DNA from: Phoronis australis
Taxonomy: Eukaryota > Animalia > Phoronida
Direction: 5' to 3'
Assembly (NCBI GenBank): GCA_002633005.1
Contig: NMRA01000396.1
Span: 179,199-243,198 of the forward strand
Length of the DNA stretch: 64,000 nucleotides
Part shown: positions 27,701 to 39,999 of the stretch, piece by piece
How positions within the stretch are numbered: position 1 is the stretch's first letter
Layout of the letters: each line of letters begins with the position of its first letter
Made by a program: the position numbers and the translations under genes
The notes under the pieces: model-generated
The model's database searches: none
What the model saw: only the letters and a program-made list of their open reading frames with translations
What the model was told of the DNA's origin: nothing

Positions 27701-30599
27701 CGGCCTACCTAAGGAACTAAACAATGCTATTTCAACATACTAAGTACGCGTAACATTCCAATAAACATCAACGACCACTAACTACAAACTATAAATAATC
27801 TACTAATGCAAACGAATCCCGAGATATTACTAATAAAACAAATAATGAAGACTTTTCGAGCAAGCGATAGCACATTCAGTTACAAGGAAAAAATGGCTGC
27901 TTTCAGCCGGAGGACAAGTTCCTGAACTGATGAGCCGTAAATGTGGGTACGGAGATGACAACCGGTAATCATACCCTCAAACAGAGGGTCAAATACTGTT
28001 AAAAATCGCTTTTGGCAGGAAAGGCGAAAAGAATATAAAGAAAGGGTGTCGAAAATATGATTTTATGTAGTAAGTATTTTCGGATACTGGAACCACATGT
28101 CGTGGGCAGTTTGAGGGAAGGCCTTTAAATCCGTTTCCACCATCAACACAGGCGATCCCCTCGCTATTCTGACGCACCATTTTTGCTACCCGTAATATGA
28201 TGAAACGTGGCAAGCTTCATTTTATTCAATTATTGGATCCACCCTTCTCAGCACCCCGACCAATTTCGATTTTTCTATGTTTACCTATAATAATAGCACA
28301 TATTACATCAGTTCTAACTTACCTTGGAAGACTCCAACCTCGACTACTGCCATTGAAGTATCCACACTGGTTTTACCAGTCGCATGATACAAGCACATCA
28401 TTCGCTATTCACTTGATCATTATCACCGACTGTGTTGTATTTGTATCAGATGGTTAGGGATAAAGGCTTGCTACCTGTAAATAGGCCTTTCCACTGATCT
28501 AGACCACATCACGCAAAGCCCACGGCCAATGCTGAGTAATATAGGAGCTGATATCTCTTGACATACAACTGTTTATGTAGATTGTAGATGTGTCGGTCTT
28601 ACCTCAAAATTACCTGGCATGTTTCGACTAAAATCCATTTTATCCAGGACAATATTATGCTGATGTGGTCCTTAAAGCCAAGTTTGATCAGTTAGAAAAC
28701 TAGATGGTGGATGAGATGTTTATTGTAAGATAATGTAATATCGTACTAATAGTATAATAAGCATATAAAATTTATTATTTTTTCTAACATAGGTGACAAA
28801 AGCCCGCCATAAACTCTAAAATATACCATGAATAGATCGAGTAAAACATTCCAAGTATAAAATACATAAAACGGGAGGTTATGTAGCGGGAAAACAAGTT
28901 TTGAAGACATACCTGAAACATGACATGATCGTCTGAGCTGTAGGATTTTTGACAGTTCACACTCGGATACATATTTTCATAATACACCCATATTCATCGG
29001 CATGACTCAAAATTATGCAACCAGATTTAGCAATTTAGTCTTTTTATTTCCATTCTGTTGGACTTTGCTTGGTCTAAAATGAGATTACATTGGGACTATG
29101 GTCTATAGTCTATGGGTACTGAGAAGTCTCTGCAAGGACTTAGTACAGTTAAAGCTATATCAAAGTAGACGGAAACGTCTCGTTGGAAGGCAAGACTACT
29201 ACGGGATATTAATATTGTATTTCACACGAAGAGACTCATTCTGAAAGTAAAATGTGACTGAACTGTGCATTAGACGAGTGTGTATTCTATCAATAATTTT
29301 ACCAGTGGAGACCAACTACATGTACTTCCTCGTAATTTATCAATAAAGAAAATAATCGGAGACTAGAAAAGTTATGGAGAACTCTCGATAGCGACCGTTG
29401 CAAAGATTGGGATTGGGAGATTGTAGCTTCGAAAAGAAACCATCATCCAGGCCATTGTTTTCTACACTGCCTCGCAGCGTATTCTCACATTTAGGCTTAT
29501 CTGCCTGTAATAAAAATAATTTTACTCAGGTGTCTTGCATGCGTCTGCATGGTAATCAGAAGGGCCCCGGTACGAGTTCCGGCTGGGGCAAAAATAGTCT
29601 TAATAGCGATACACCTTGTACATGCTGGGAGAATGGGGGTTTTGATGCTTATTTTTTAATGGTTTTGATAGTAAAATCTCAAATTGAAAACATGTCAACA
29701 TGTAACGATTTTTACTCAGAAAAGTGTGTATATTCTAAAAATTGACAGCCTGAATTTTGAATTTTTACCATTATTAACTTGGTCATGACTTTATAAGTAA
29801 AATTTAGCAAACAGAAAAGGCACACCGATATCAGAACAACGTTAAAACATTTTATTTTATACGAATATTCAAGTTTAAATATCAAAAAATAATCGCTTTC
29901 GTTTGATGCAAGTTTAATATAAAAGTGGTACAAGTTCTAGTCTTGAAAGGATATTAAGCAAAACTTCAACATTATATAAACTATTTCCTGAAAATGTTCT
30001 TGAAAATAGTGCATACAACAAAGCGTCTGAAAGTTTCAAATGAATCCAATTAGCCATTTCAAAGATTAGATGTGCCAAATTTAATAGAATTTGGTAATTT
30101 GGTCATTTTTATAGGATCCTACAAAACCTTAAGTATTACTGATGATCGTAACAAGTCATTTGCATGAGTTTACGCATTTTTTTCTATGAAAGTGTTTTGT
30201 AACTGTTTCTCAGAACATTGCTAGGCTCATGCACGTTAGCCACTCAATCACACGTTCTGCATATCAGCATCGATTGAAGGCTTTCGACCGAAAATTAAGA
30301 GCTAAACAGCCATTTTACACCTGTAAAACACTAGGGGTCGCTGCTTTCATCACGGAAGGACAGGCGATTCTGACGAGCTACCTGGCGATTCTAGCGATTC
30401 TACAGACTTCCAATCGCCAAGCAGTTAATCAGCCATTATGCACCTGTACTAGAGCACCATGGCCCTGCTTACCCGGAAAAACAGGCTACTCTGACGGGGG
30501 AGAAGTAATAGACAATACCACCATTCGCGATGCACACATTTCGGTTAAAATCGAAGCTCCTGGTTCCTCAAAGTGATGCTTATTCAGAGTGAATGGGCT

Positions 30600-31375
30600 T
30601 ATGATCAATTTTGTTTCGACTGTTTGTAATCTGTCTGACGGTGGCACCCCACTATTGAAATTGTTTGGTATCTTAATGTTGAGCCCCGTGCAGTGAAGCT
30701 GAACATCGTGGAATTGGTTTCAAGCGCTTTTAGTGGTGGGTTGGTCAAGCTTACTTCAGGTACTTGGGCGTGTCTGGAATTGATAACCAACCACTAGATT
30801 TGTCTCGCAGTATTTATTCTTGATACCAGGGCTTACGGCGAATATTTTGCATCTCGTTTCACGCGGTTACCTCTTGGCTTGATCAAGCTCACTAGCTCAG
30901 GTATTTGGGCATGTCTGGCAGGGCTAACCCAACACTGCATTTGTCTGGCATTGTTTATTCGTGATAACTGGGCTTGGCTTGAATATTTTGTAACTGGTTT
31001 TATGTGGTTAGCTCTTGGGTTGATCTACCTCAAATTTTATTTTTTTGATAATCGGCGGCAGGGACACCCACCTCTGAAATTATCTGGCATTTAAGTTACA
31101 CTGTTGTGCCCTTTACATTGATTCTGAACATTGTGCAGTTGGTTTCAAACGGTTACCTGGTGGGTTGATCCCGCTCAACTCGGGTATTTTGGCGTGTCTG
31201 GCGGGGCTAACCCCCACTAGATTTGTCTGGCAGTGTTCATGTGTGATACCTGGGCTCACAGTGGATATTTTGCAACTTCTTTCATGCGGTTAACTCTTGG
31301 ATTGATCTTGCTAAAATTTTACCTTGTTCATAACCGTCTTGCTGATAATCCCCACCACTGAAATTATCTGACAGT
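30600..31375. repeat. Diverged ~140 bp tandem repeat (about 5 units, two alternating subtypes)
   Basis: GG(G/C/A)TTG(A/G)TC anchors at ~30738, 30876, 31017, 31162, 31299. ATTTGTCT.GCA..GATA.C.GGGCT recurs three times; CCAC..CTGAAATT.TCTG recurs at ~30650, 31070, 31355. Confidence 0.85.
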
Positions 31376-31419
31376 GACCAATTTGGATTCAGTGGATTAC
31401 ATAGTAGTTATCGAAGGCA

Positions 31420-33165
31420 GTCTCTCCATTTGGTTTCCTTATTAAATTCTTCCGGTTACGACAGCGCCGTTAGAGTCAAATTGTTCAATAATTCTGGATA
31501 ATGGAATTTAGTTTAGAAATTTCAATTACCCTGAAATTTACAAAGCACAATACATGTGCTTTTCATCTTAACACCCATGGATATACATAAAAGGCAGATT
31601 TTACCTTGACGATATGAAACATTGACTTGCTTGTTTCTCGTAAAAAATCTATGCAAATCTCATAGTGTAGTAACTGAAACAAAAGTGAAGCACCACTGAT
31701 ATTTCCGTGTTCCCAGTATAGCCAAAACTCCATAGCAATAGACCTAATTCACATTGCGGACATTGAAATCCAAAGCAAGGCTCGCTGCGATAAACAAAGC
31801 GGAAGTTAAATAAACGTTGCGTGAATTAAATGGCCGGTATTTCTAGTTCTACAAGGATATTAAGTTTAAAAAATGTGTCCTTAATAACCCACAGAGACGT
31901 AGCAAAATACATTGGAGAAATGTCAGTGCACCAAAGAGTTGTCTGGCGAAATGGTGTAACTTTTGTTTCGAAATACTGGATGCGAAACACGAAAAGTAAA
32001 TTTGACCAAATTGCTAAAGGCTGGGTTTGGTTTTTTCTTGTTAATTTTTGATAAAAAAGCTTTCTACTTGAACCAGGTCATCGGATCGTATTGTTGAGGA
32101 GTTGAAGCTATTTGACACTGGTGGTTCATTGCATTTTTTGTCACATCTGTTTTAATTTGTTGATCAAAATATTAACCTCAATCATAGCCTAGGTCCTGGT
32201 GAGGTAGGGACTACCGGGACTAACAGCTGATTTGTCATTGATCTGAAAAAAAATAATTAATGTTGATAATTAGAATCAATCATATTTGACCATTAATTCT
32301 GCTTTCTTGATTTTAATAATTCTTACGTTTAATTCATGCGTTAGGTTTCAAATATCAATCTGGACCAAGTTGAATTTTAAAATTAAAACACCTAATTCCA
32401 AAGCATAACCTCGTTCAAGAGCTCAAATTCAGTTAACTGGACAGAGCATGCATAGGGAAAAATCTACATCCTGATCACTATCAATAGCACCCCCGCCCTG
32501 TTGCAAGAGCTATCCTAGGCTCTGTCTCAATTAACACTTTGTGCTCTTTCAAACTGTCAACTGTGTGGTTACGGGTGATATGAACTTCGAAGAGAATTTT
32601 TCAACCACCAGGGGAATGTTTAGGCCTGTGGGGGAATTTCGCGTGATTTTTCAATATTTTTAGATAGGAATGGGGCCAGTATTCGGCCCCAAAATCATGG
32701 GATTGATGACCCTGTCCGTTTTGGAAAGAAAAATGCATCACGTTTCAACCCGTAGTCGTGAAAACACAGCCTGGCTGGCCCAACATTCTCTGGTCGTTGT
32801 TATGATGCTCGGCAACCGAGATACGACAAAATATGATCTAACTTTCGGAAACATTTATTAATTTTACACGGACACATTTTCCTTCATCGCAGCCTATGGC
32901 ACCGACCCAAGGCTTCCGAATCTCAAAGTCTTTAGGTATTGTAAAATAGACGGTTGAGCGTCCGTATTTTTCTAGCCGTCCGAGCAACGCGAAATGCAAC
33001 TAAGCCAACAAAGCTATCGTAGCGAGCCTCGTTTTGGAACACGCCTCGTGTCGGCGTGAATTAAGTCTATGCACGTAAAAGCAACGGCACTGTTACTGCC
33101 GCAAGCAACGTCTACCTAGTGGCATGAAAAGATATCAATTAAAATCCGCCTGTGTACGCGAACGT
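31420..33165 (-). pseudogene. Relic of a third GPCR paralog: only the 3' UTR/flank remains, split by a TIR element
   Basis: 31420-31737 aligns to 34980-35412 (TTCTTCCGGTTACGACAGCGCCGT vs TTCTTCGGGTTACGACAGTGTCGT). 33071-33165 aligns to 35413-35506 (CACTGTTACTGCCGCAAGCAACGT..TAGTGGCA..AATTAAAATCCGCC). Confidence 0.75.
31738..33070. mobile_element. 1.33 kb non-autonomous TIR element (superfamily undetermined)
   Basis: ATAGACCTAATTCAC ... GTGAATTAAGTCTAT, plus inner inverted GGCTCGCT(G/A)CGATA. Removing it restores colinearity with the paralog 2 3' UTR. Confidence 0.75.
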
Positions 33166-33174
33166 ACATGCTTC

Positions 33175-34294
33175 AGAGGTTCAGGGTTAAGGTTATGGTT
33201 AGGGATAGGGTTTTATTTAGGAATTTGGTAAGGGTTAGGGTTACAATTAGGATTAGGGTTAGGGTTGAAAATAGGGTTAGGGTTAGGGTTATGGTTAGGG
33301 TTAGGGTTAGTTTTAGGGTTAGAGTTAAGATAATTGTTATGGTTAGGTTTAGGGTTAGGGTTAGGTTTAGGATTAGGGATAGGGTTGAAAATAGAGTTAG
33401 GATTAGGGTTAGGGTTAGTGTTATGGTTAGGGTTAGGGTAAGGGTTGAAAATAGGGTTAGGGATAGAGTTAGGATTAGGTTTAGAGTCAGTTTCGAAAAG
33501 AGGGTAGGTTTAAAGTTAGGGATAGGGTAAGGGTTAGGGTTAGGGTCAGTGTTGAGAATGGCGTCAGGGTTAGATACAGAGTTACAGTTAGAGTTGAAAA
33601 TATGTTCAGGGTAGGGGATAGGGCTAGGGTTAGGGTTAGATACAGGGTTAGATTTAGGGTTAGGGTTAGGGTTTGGTTAATATTAGTGTTACGGTTAGGG
33701 ATAGGGTTAGGTTTAAGTTTAGAGTTAGGGTAAGGGCGAGAGTTAGGGATAGGGTTAGAATTAGGTTTAGATTTAGTGTTAGGGTTAGGGTAAGGTTAGG
33801 TTTAGAGTTCAGAATAGCGTTAGGGTTAGGGTTAGGGGTAGGGCTATTTTTGAAAATAGGGTTAGGGTTATTGTAAGTATTGAAAATTTTACAGGTAGGG
33901 TTAGGCTTAATGTTAGGGTTTGTTTTAGGGTTATGGTTAGGGTTAGGGTTTGGGTTAGGGTTAAGACTAGGGTTAGGGTTAGGGTTAGATGTAGAGTTGA
34001 GAATAGCGTTAGGGTTAGGGTTAGGTTTAGTGTTTGGGTTAGGATTAGGTTTGGGGTTGGTGTTGAGGTTGGAGCTGGGGCTAGGGTTGGGGATGGAGCT
34101 AGGACTAGGGCTAGGGCTAGGTTTAGGGTTAGGGTTAGGTTTAGTGTTAGGTGTAGAGTTGAGAATGGCGTTGGGGTTAGGTTTACGGTTAGGGTTATTG
34201 TTAGAGATAGGTATAGGGTTAGGGTGAGGGTTATGGTTACTGTTGAAATGTGGGTTAGGGTTAGGGTTAAAATAGGGTTAGGGTTATGGTTAGT
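33175..34294 (+). repeat. Interstitial degenerate telomeric-like (TTAGGG)n array
   Basis: About 1.1 kb of TTAGGG hexamers and variants (ATAGGG, TTAGGT, TTATGG, CTAGGG, TTGAAA). Confidence 0.95.
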
Positions 34295-34754
34295 TTACCA
34301 TAAAAGATCGTTAATTTTATCAGTGAACCTTTGTAATGGTTTTAAAAAATGTAGCCGTCCGGGAGATGGTGTAATTTTTTATTGGTTTAAAGAACATCAA
34401 TACAAAGAAATATAAGACAAAAAAATGCAAGCCATTCTCACTCTTAACCAATACACATACGCACACACCCCAATACACTCCAACATATCCACCCACGTTT
34501 AGTAAGAAGTTTTCATGAAAACGTTTTGGTTAACCAGAGATGGTGTAGTTTACTGCATTACTGATTATTCTCAGAATTCCCACAGTAATCAAGTGGTATT
34601 GGGCGATGCACCAGATATAGTCTCATGTTTCAAGTGTAACCATACCATAATGTTTAATAAAGAACAAATATGAGGAATGGTTTAATCAAAAATGTAACCA
34701 AACAGGAATAACTCAGTTTGGCTCACACACGAAGGGTTTTTCCTAAATTTTTGC

Positions 34755-37552
34755 CCCAAATCAAATTTGGTATCAGAAAAAGGACACCTTAGAATTTTTA
34801 TAAAGGGGACATCGACTGTTTTCACAGACCGGGGGTTATCCTTGTCGTAGCCCCTCCCCCGTTCGTCATTCTTTTTTATTACTAATCCCTCCCGGTAGCG
34901 ACATAATTCTAATTTTATACTTCGCTCTCTGCCATATTGCAAAGTAAAGCCAGTTTGCCCCCTCTTTGACCACAATTTCCTTCCATTTTGGTCACCTTAC
35001 TGACTTCTTCGGGTTACGACAGTGTCGTACGGAACAAAATATTCAAAAAATCGGAATCACAAAATTATCGTGCAATTAACAAAGCACTATAGCTATGCTT
35101 TTCAGCTAGGATAAACACGGATGGATAACAATGTACATAACAGACAAATCATTACGTTACCAAAGTAAAAGACTGACATGTTCGAATCTCATGGACGTAA
35201 AATGTATGCAAACATCATGGTTGAATGTTTAAGATGGATTAACATCCACATCCAAAATCAGCACGTCCACCAACTCGAAGTCATCTTCCAAAAACAAAAA
35301 CTTTTTCAATACTGCTCCACAACTTAACGTAGCGTACACGTAGTACCCGAAACAAAAAGTGCTGCATGACAAAGAAATCAGTATTTAACGGGTAGCCAAA
35401 GCTCTCTAGCAATACAAGAACGGACACTGTAACTGCGGCAGGCAACGTACCTGTAGTGGCAGGAAAAAATCTCCTAATTAAAATCCGCCGGGTTATACGA
35501 CGTACGCAAAAGTATTTGCACAATAGTGGATTCTAACCATCGACTCGTTTAGTCAATTACATCCTTTGATTACATCTTGATTGTTTCTGAATCGTTGAAC
35601 TCATTGCAGTTGGTGGAAACACTACTCGTGGACATAACGCATTCCCGGCCGTCGATGGACAATTGAGAACAATTAGAATTCCTTTTCCTCGTAAATAACT
35701 CCCGGTATTTCAAAAATATAGCTTCCCTGCAGATGTAAGCAAGGAATATGAAAAACCCTTGCAGGGAGTTGAAGATGATGAAAAGATACCATAACACGTG
35801 ACTTCCGGTAAGAGCTGCAGAGTAGCCAAAGATCCACGTGCTGCCCATAACAGTGGAAAGTTTGACAGTTATCAAGAACAAGCGATTATTTTCACGGTTG
35901 TTTTTGATATTCCTTCTGACTTGGCGCTTGGCTCTAAAAAGCTGGATAACAGTCAACACAATGAATATCGCATTAATAAATATGATAATCGCTAAAGGCA
36001 GCGCAAAACCATAAAGAATAGCTTCGTACCCGGAAATCCAACACCTTTCCTCATCTCCATATTGGAAAGCTACATCAGTGGCGAACTCCAAAATAATGCA
36101 CGTGACAATTATCAGTAAGGGACCCAGTACAGAATACATCACATACTTATGANCCCAAATCAAATTTGGTATCAGAAAAAGGACGCCTTAGAATTTTTAT
36201 AAAGGGGACATCGACTGTTTTCACAGGCCGGGGGTTATCCATGTCGTAGCCCCTCCCCCGTTCGTCATTCTTTTTTTATTACTAATCCCTCCCGGTAGCG
36301 ACATAATTCTAATTTTATACTTCGCTCTCTGTCACATTGCAAAGTAAAGCCAGTTTGCCCCCTCTTTGACCACAATTTCCTTCCATTTTGGTCACCTTAC
36401 TGACTTCTTCGGGTTACGACAGTGTCGTACGGAACAAAATATTCAACAAATCGGAATCACAATATTATCGTGCAATTAACAAAGCACTATAGCTATGCTT
36501 TTCATCTAGGATAAACACGGATGGATAACAATGTACATAACAGACAAATCATTACGTTACCAAAGTAAAACACTGACATGTTCGAATCTCATGGACGTAA
36601 AATGTATGCAAACCTCATGGTTGAATGTTAAAGATGGATTAACATCCACATCCAAAATAAGCACGTCCACCAACTCGAAGTCATCTTCCAAAAACAAAAA
36701 CTTCTTCAATACTGCTCCAACACTTAACGTAGCGTACGCGTAGTACCCAAAACAAAAAGTGCTGCATGACAAAGAAATCAGTATCTAACGGGTAGCCAAA
36801 GCTCTCTAGCAATACAAGAACGGACACTGTAACTGCGGCAGGCAACGTACCTGTAGTGGCAGGAAAAAATCTCCTAATTAAAATCCGCCGGGTTATACGA
36901 CGTACGCAAAAGTATTTGCACAATAGTAGATTCTAACCATCGACTCGTTTAGTCAATTACATCCTTTGATTACATCTTGATTGTTTCTGAATCGTTGAAC
37001 TCATTGCAGTTGGTGGAAACACTACTCGTGGACATAACGCATTCCCGGCCGTCGATGGACAATTGAGAACAATTAGAATTCCTTTTCCTCGTAAATAACT
37101 CCCGGTATTTCAAAAATATAGCTTCCCTGCAGATGTAAGCAAGGAATATGAAAAACCCTTGCAGGGAGTTGAAGATGATGAAAAGATACCATAACACGTG
37201 ACTTCCGGTAAGAGCTGCAGAGTAGCCAAAGATCCACGTGCTGCCCATAACAGTGGAAAGTTTGACAGTTATCAAGAACAAGCGATTATTTTCACGGTTG
37301 TTTTTGATATTCCTTCTGACTTGGCGCTTGGCTCTAAAAAGCTGGATAACAGTCAACACAATGAATATCGCATTAATAAATATGATAATCGCTAAAGGCA
37401 GCGCAAAACCATAAAGAATAGCTTCGTACCCGGAAATCCAACACCTTTCCTCATCTCCATATTGGAAAGCTACATCAGTGGCGAACTCCAAAATAATGCA
37501 CGTGACAATTATCAGTAAGGGACCCAGTACAGAATACATCACATACTTATGA
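34755..37552. repeat. 1.4 kb near-identical direct duplication across a single N (34755-36152 / 36154-37552); probable haplotype overlap
   Basis: N at 36153; explains the duplicated ORFs 35570-36163, 35281-35523 and 35798-35995. Confidence 0.9.
35570..36152 (-). other. Duplicate of the last ~193 codons of GPCR paralog 2 (assembly/haplotype copy, not a separate gene)
   Basis: Translation identical to 36970-37552; truncated exactly at the N. Confidence 0.8.
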
Positions 37553-39149
37553 ATTGCATAGGGAGATGGTTTCTGTATCTCCATGATTTTGTAAAACGTT
37601 TTGAAAACAGAAAAGCACATACTGTTCATCCAAAAGAATGCACACAGCCACAAAAAATGTTCAACTATTGCCACTGTCTTGCATAATACTGGAATTTCTG
37701 TGCGTTCCATTGCAGCTAACATTAAAAGTTGCGCCATAAAAAGTGTTATAGCGAGGTTTATCATGATTTGACCAGGCAGCGTTCTAAGTTCCGTGAATAG
37801 TACATAAGTCAGCACAAATATAGCAAGACCACATAAACTGATCACATTTCCTGCAACCGTCAGCTTGTATTGAGTTTTGTCGTATGCAAAAAATCGAAAA
37901 CCAGACCCATTTGAAAACGGATTGCAAGCATAGAGTAATGTGCCTTCAATGAAGTAGTCACCTTGCTGAAACGACAATTCAGAGTTTATATATGCAGTGC
38001 CATCCTTCACTTCATACTCGTCATCTGTGTATGTGATCATCGCACACTTAAGATCCAAAGAACTATTGGCGGTATTAGTATGATTCAAATACGTATTGTT
38101 CACGTTATCTGTATTCACTTTGCTATGACCGCACGTCCCATTAGGCATGAGATATTTGCCAGCTGAGCAAACTAGTTGCCGACATTTCTTTGCGAGCTTG
38201 TCATAGATTCTGCTCTCAGAACATTTCCCCAATGGCATTAATGGGACTAAATTCTTGGGACTGTTTTCGTCACTCAGTCCTGTGAAATCTAACAGCTCAG
38301 AAAAACGAAAATACATATTCTGCGAGGAGGGTGGTCGAGGGTCGAAACAAAAAAGCATTGGCCAGCCCCCATTTGGACATTTGCCGAATTGAAACTTAAC
38401 GATATCGACACCAGTATCGGGAAAAAAGTCCGAGAAGTACATATATGATGAGCATTCCTTGCTGTTTGCCGGGCAGTACTCAGTACAGACTGCGCTCATG
38501 GGTTCCACGAGAACATTACAATGGTGTGCAAAAGGTGGTGCCCTTAACACCATATTAAAATCTCTAGACTTGTACAACGCTAGTGTCTTTGCCACGCCGG
38601 TAAGATTTTGGACAGTGCGATCAAAGAGCATCTGTTCCTCATCGGAAGACATAGGGTGAAGTTCGTCTCTTGGATGGAACCTTGCTTTCCAAAATGTTCC
38701 CTTTTGGATAATCTGTAATATGTTCACACGGTGGCAAAGTGCGCAATAAATGTTTCGGAAGCAATAGAATCTACCATCTCTCAAGAATCCGTTCACAGGC
38801 AAAACCTGGAATATGTCGTCACTGTTTCCAGAGTGACATTTGTCAGTAATAGTATCGTTGTTAAAATCACTAGGACACCGCGAGATGACAATACTACCGA
38901 GAGGTTTAATGGTATAATCTAACTGCAGACACTCTGCGTAAGGTTTGATTGATGTGAATTTCGTTGCATTTGGTTTGTAATCATGACAACAATCGCCGAA
39001 GTCGGTGCAGATCTGATCACAGTGACAGACCTGTCTTTGAATGAAGAAGTCATGTTGCACGAAGGGCGAAGAGCACGAAATTCCACAAGCTTGATGCAGC
39101 GATGGCTTAGAAGGCTGCGAATCGCAGGAAACTCCGCACGTCTGAAACA
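36970..39149 (-). CDS. GPCR paralog 2, main coding exon: somatomedin-B-like plus Cys-rich ectodomain and Methuselah-like 7TM; 744 aa when spliced to 53818-53872
   Basis: Colinear with paralog 1 throughout (CHCDQICTDFGDCCHDY, YCFRNIYCALCH, ELRTLPGQIMINL, FNSLQG); acceptor ttttcag|TGTTTCAG at 39151-39150. Confidence 0.93.
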
Positions 39150-39999
39150 CTGAAAACGGCATACATTATTCAACATGTAGTACATTTATGTGAAAGGTAG
39201 ATGCCAACCGTATACGGAGTTAAGTTGGTGGCACCCCTTTGAAAAATTGGGGAAAACTCCAGAGAAATTTGATGACCTTTTCAATTCTGTTCACATTTAT
39301 TCACGTCTATCAAACGCGAAGATGCGCAGGCATTGATAGCTCATCAACAACAGAAATGCGTTTCGAAGACGCAAGACACTCGTCAATAAAGGAGATCCCG
39401 CAACACCTGTTTCTTAAAGACACTAGTTCCGCTTTATTTTTGTTAAAAACTTCATGGAAACACTTTTAATCGAGACATAAGCCCAGATAATAGTCTTTCG
39501 ACATGACAACGAATGTTTTCAAACTGATCTGAAATTAATACAGACTTTGTATCTTAATTTTTCTTTTTGGTGTGATGCACTAAGAAACAAACGGAAGCCA
39601 AACGAAGTGTCATTCGAAGATTCGAGTGTCGAATATGAGCTTGGAGTTTCGGTTAATCTCAAAATCATACATTATGTATATTGGCCTACTTGAACTTGGC
39701 GAGAAAACGTGGGTTCTTCATTTGAATAATCACCGTCACGCTACTATGATTCGTTATCGGATATAATGAGTGCTTGTGGAACCAACAATTCCAAAAATTC
39801 TCTACATTGAACAAAATATTCACCTGATTTCTTTAATGGGTATTTAATTATAAGCTCACGCGCACGTGATCTTCAGATTAAGCAAAATTCAAGTTCACGC
39901 ATACTAATGAAGTCCTTCGTCTTAATATAGGTCGTCCTCCGTTGAAAGGCTTGCTTAGCGTCCTCGAGGTGACTTTTACGCAGTAAAGTTTGAATTGAA

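Noticed and set aside
17426-29114. One 11.7 kb P-like element bounded by CATAGACTATAG (17426) and CTATAGTCTATG (29103-29114)
   Set aside because: Flanks (AATGTCAC vs GGTACTGA) give no target-site duplication and no transposase lies between; probably ends of separate copies.
30600-31375. CRISPR-like array
   Set aside because: Whole ~140 bp units are similar with no unique spacers; eukaryotic context and no cas genes.
33175-34294. True chromosome end
   Set aside because: Internal position, heavy degeneracy, and unique sequence on both sides.
35570-36163. 197 aa ORF as a third intact or truncated GPCR gene
   Set aside because: Identical to the end of paralog 2, begins at an N, and lies within a 1.4 kb contig-overlap duplication.
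39150-39162. ATG at 39162 as the true start of paralog 2 (and GTG 10019 for paralog 1)
   Set aside because: Lies in the polypyrimidine/acceptor region, gives no signal peptide, and is not conserved as ATG in paralog 1.
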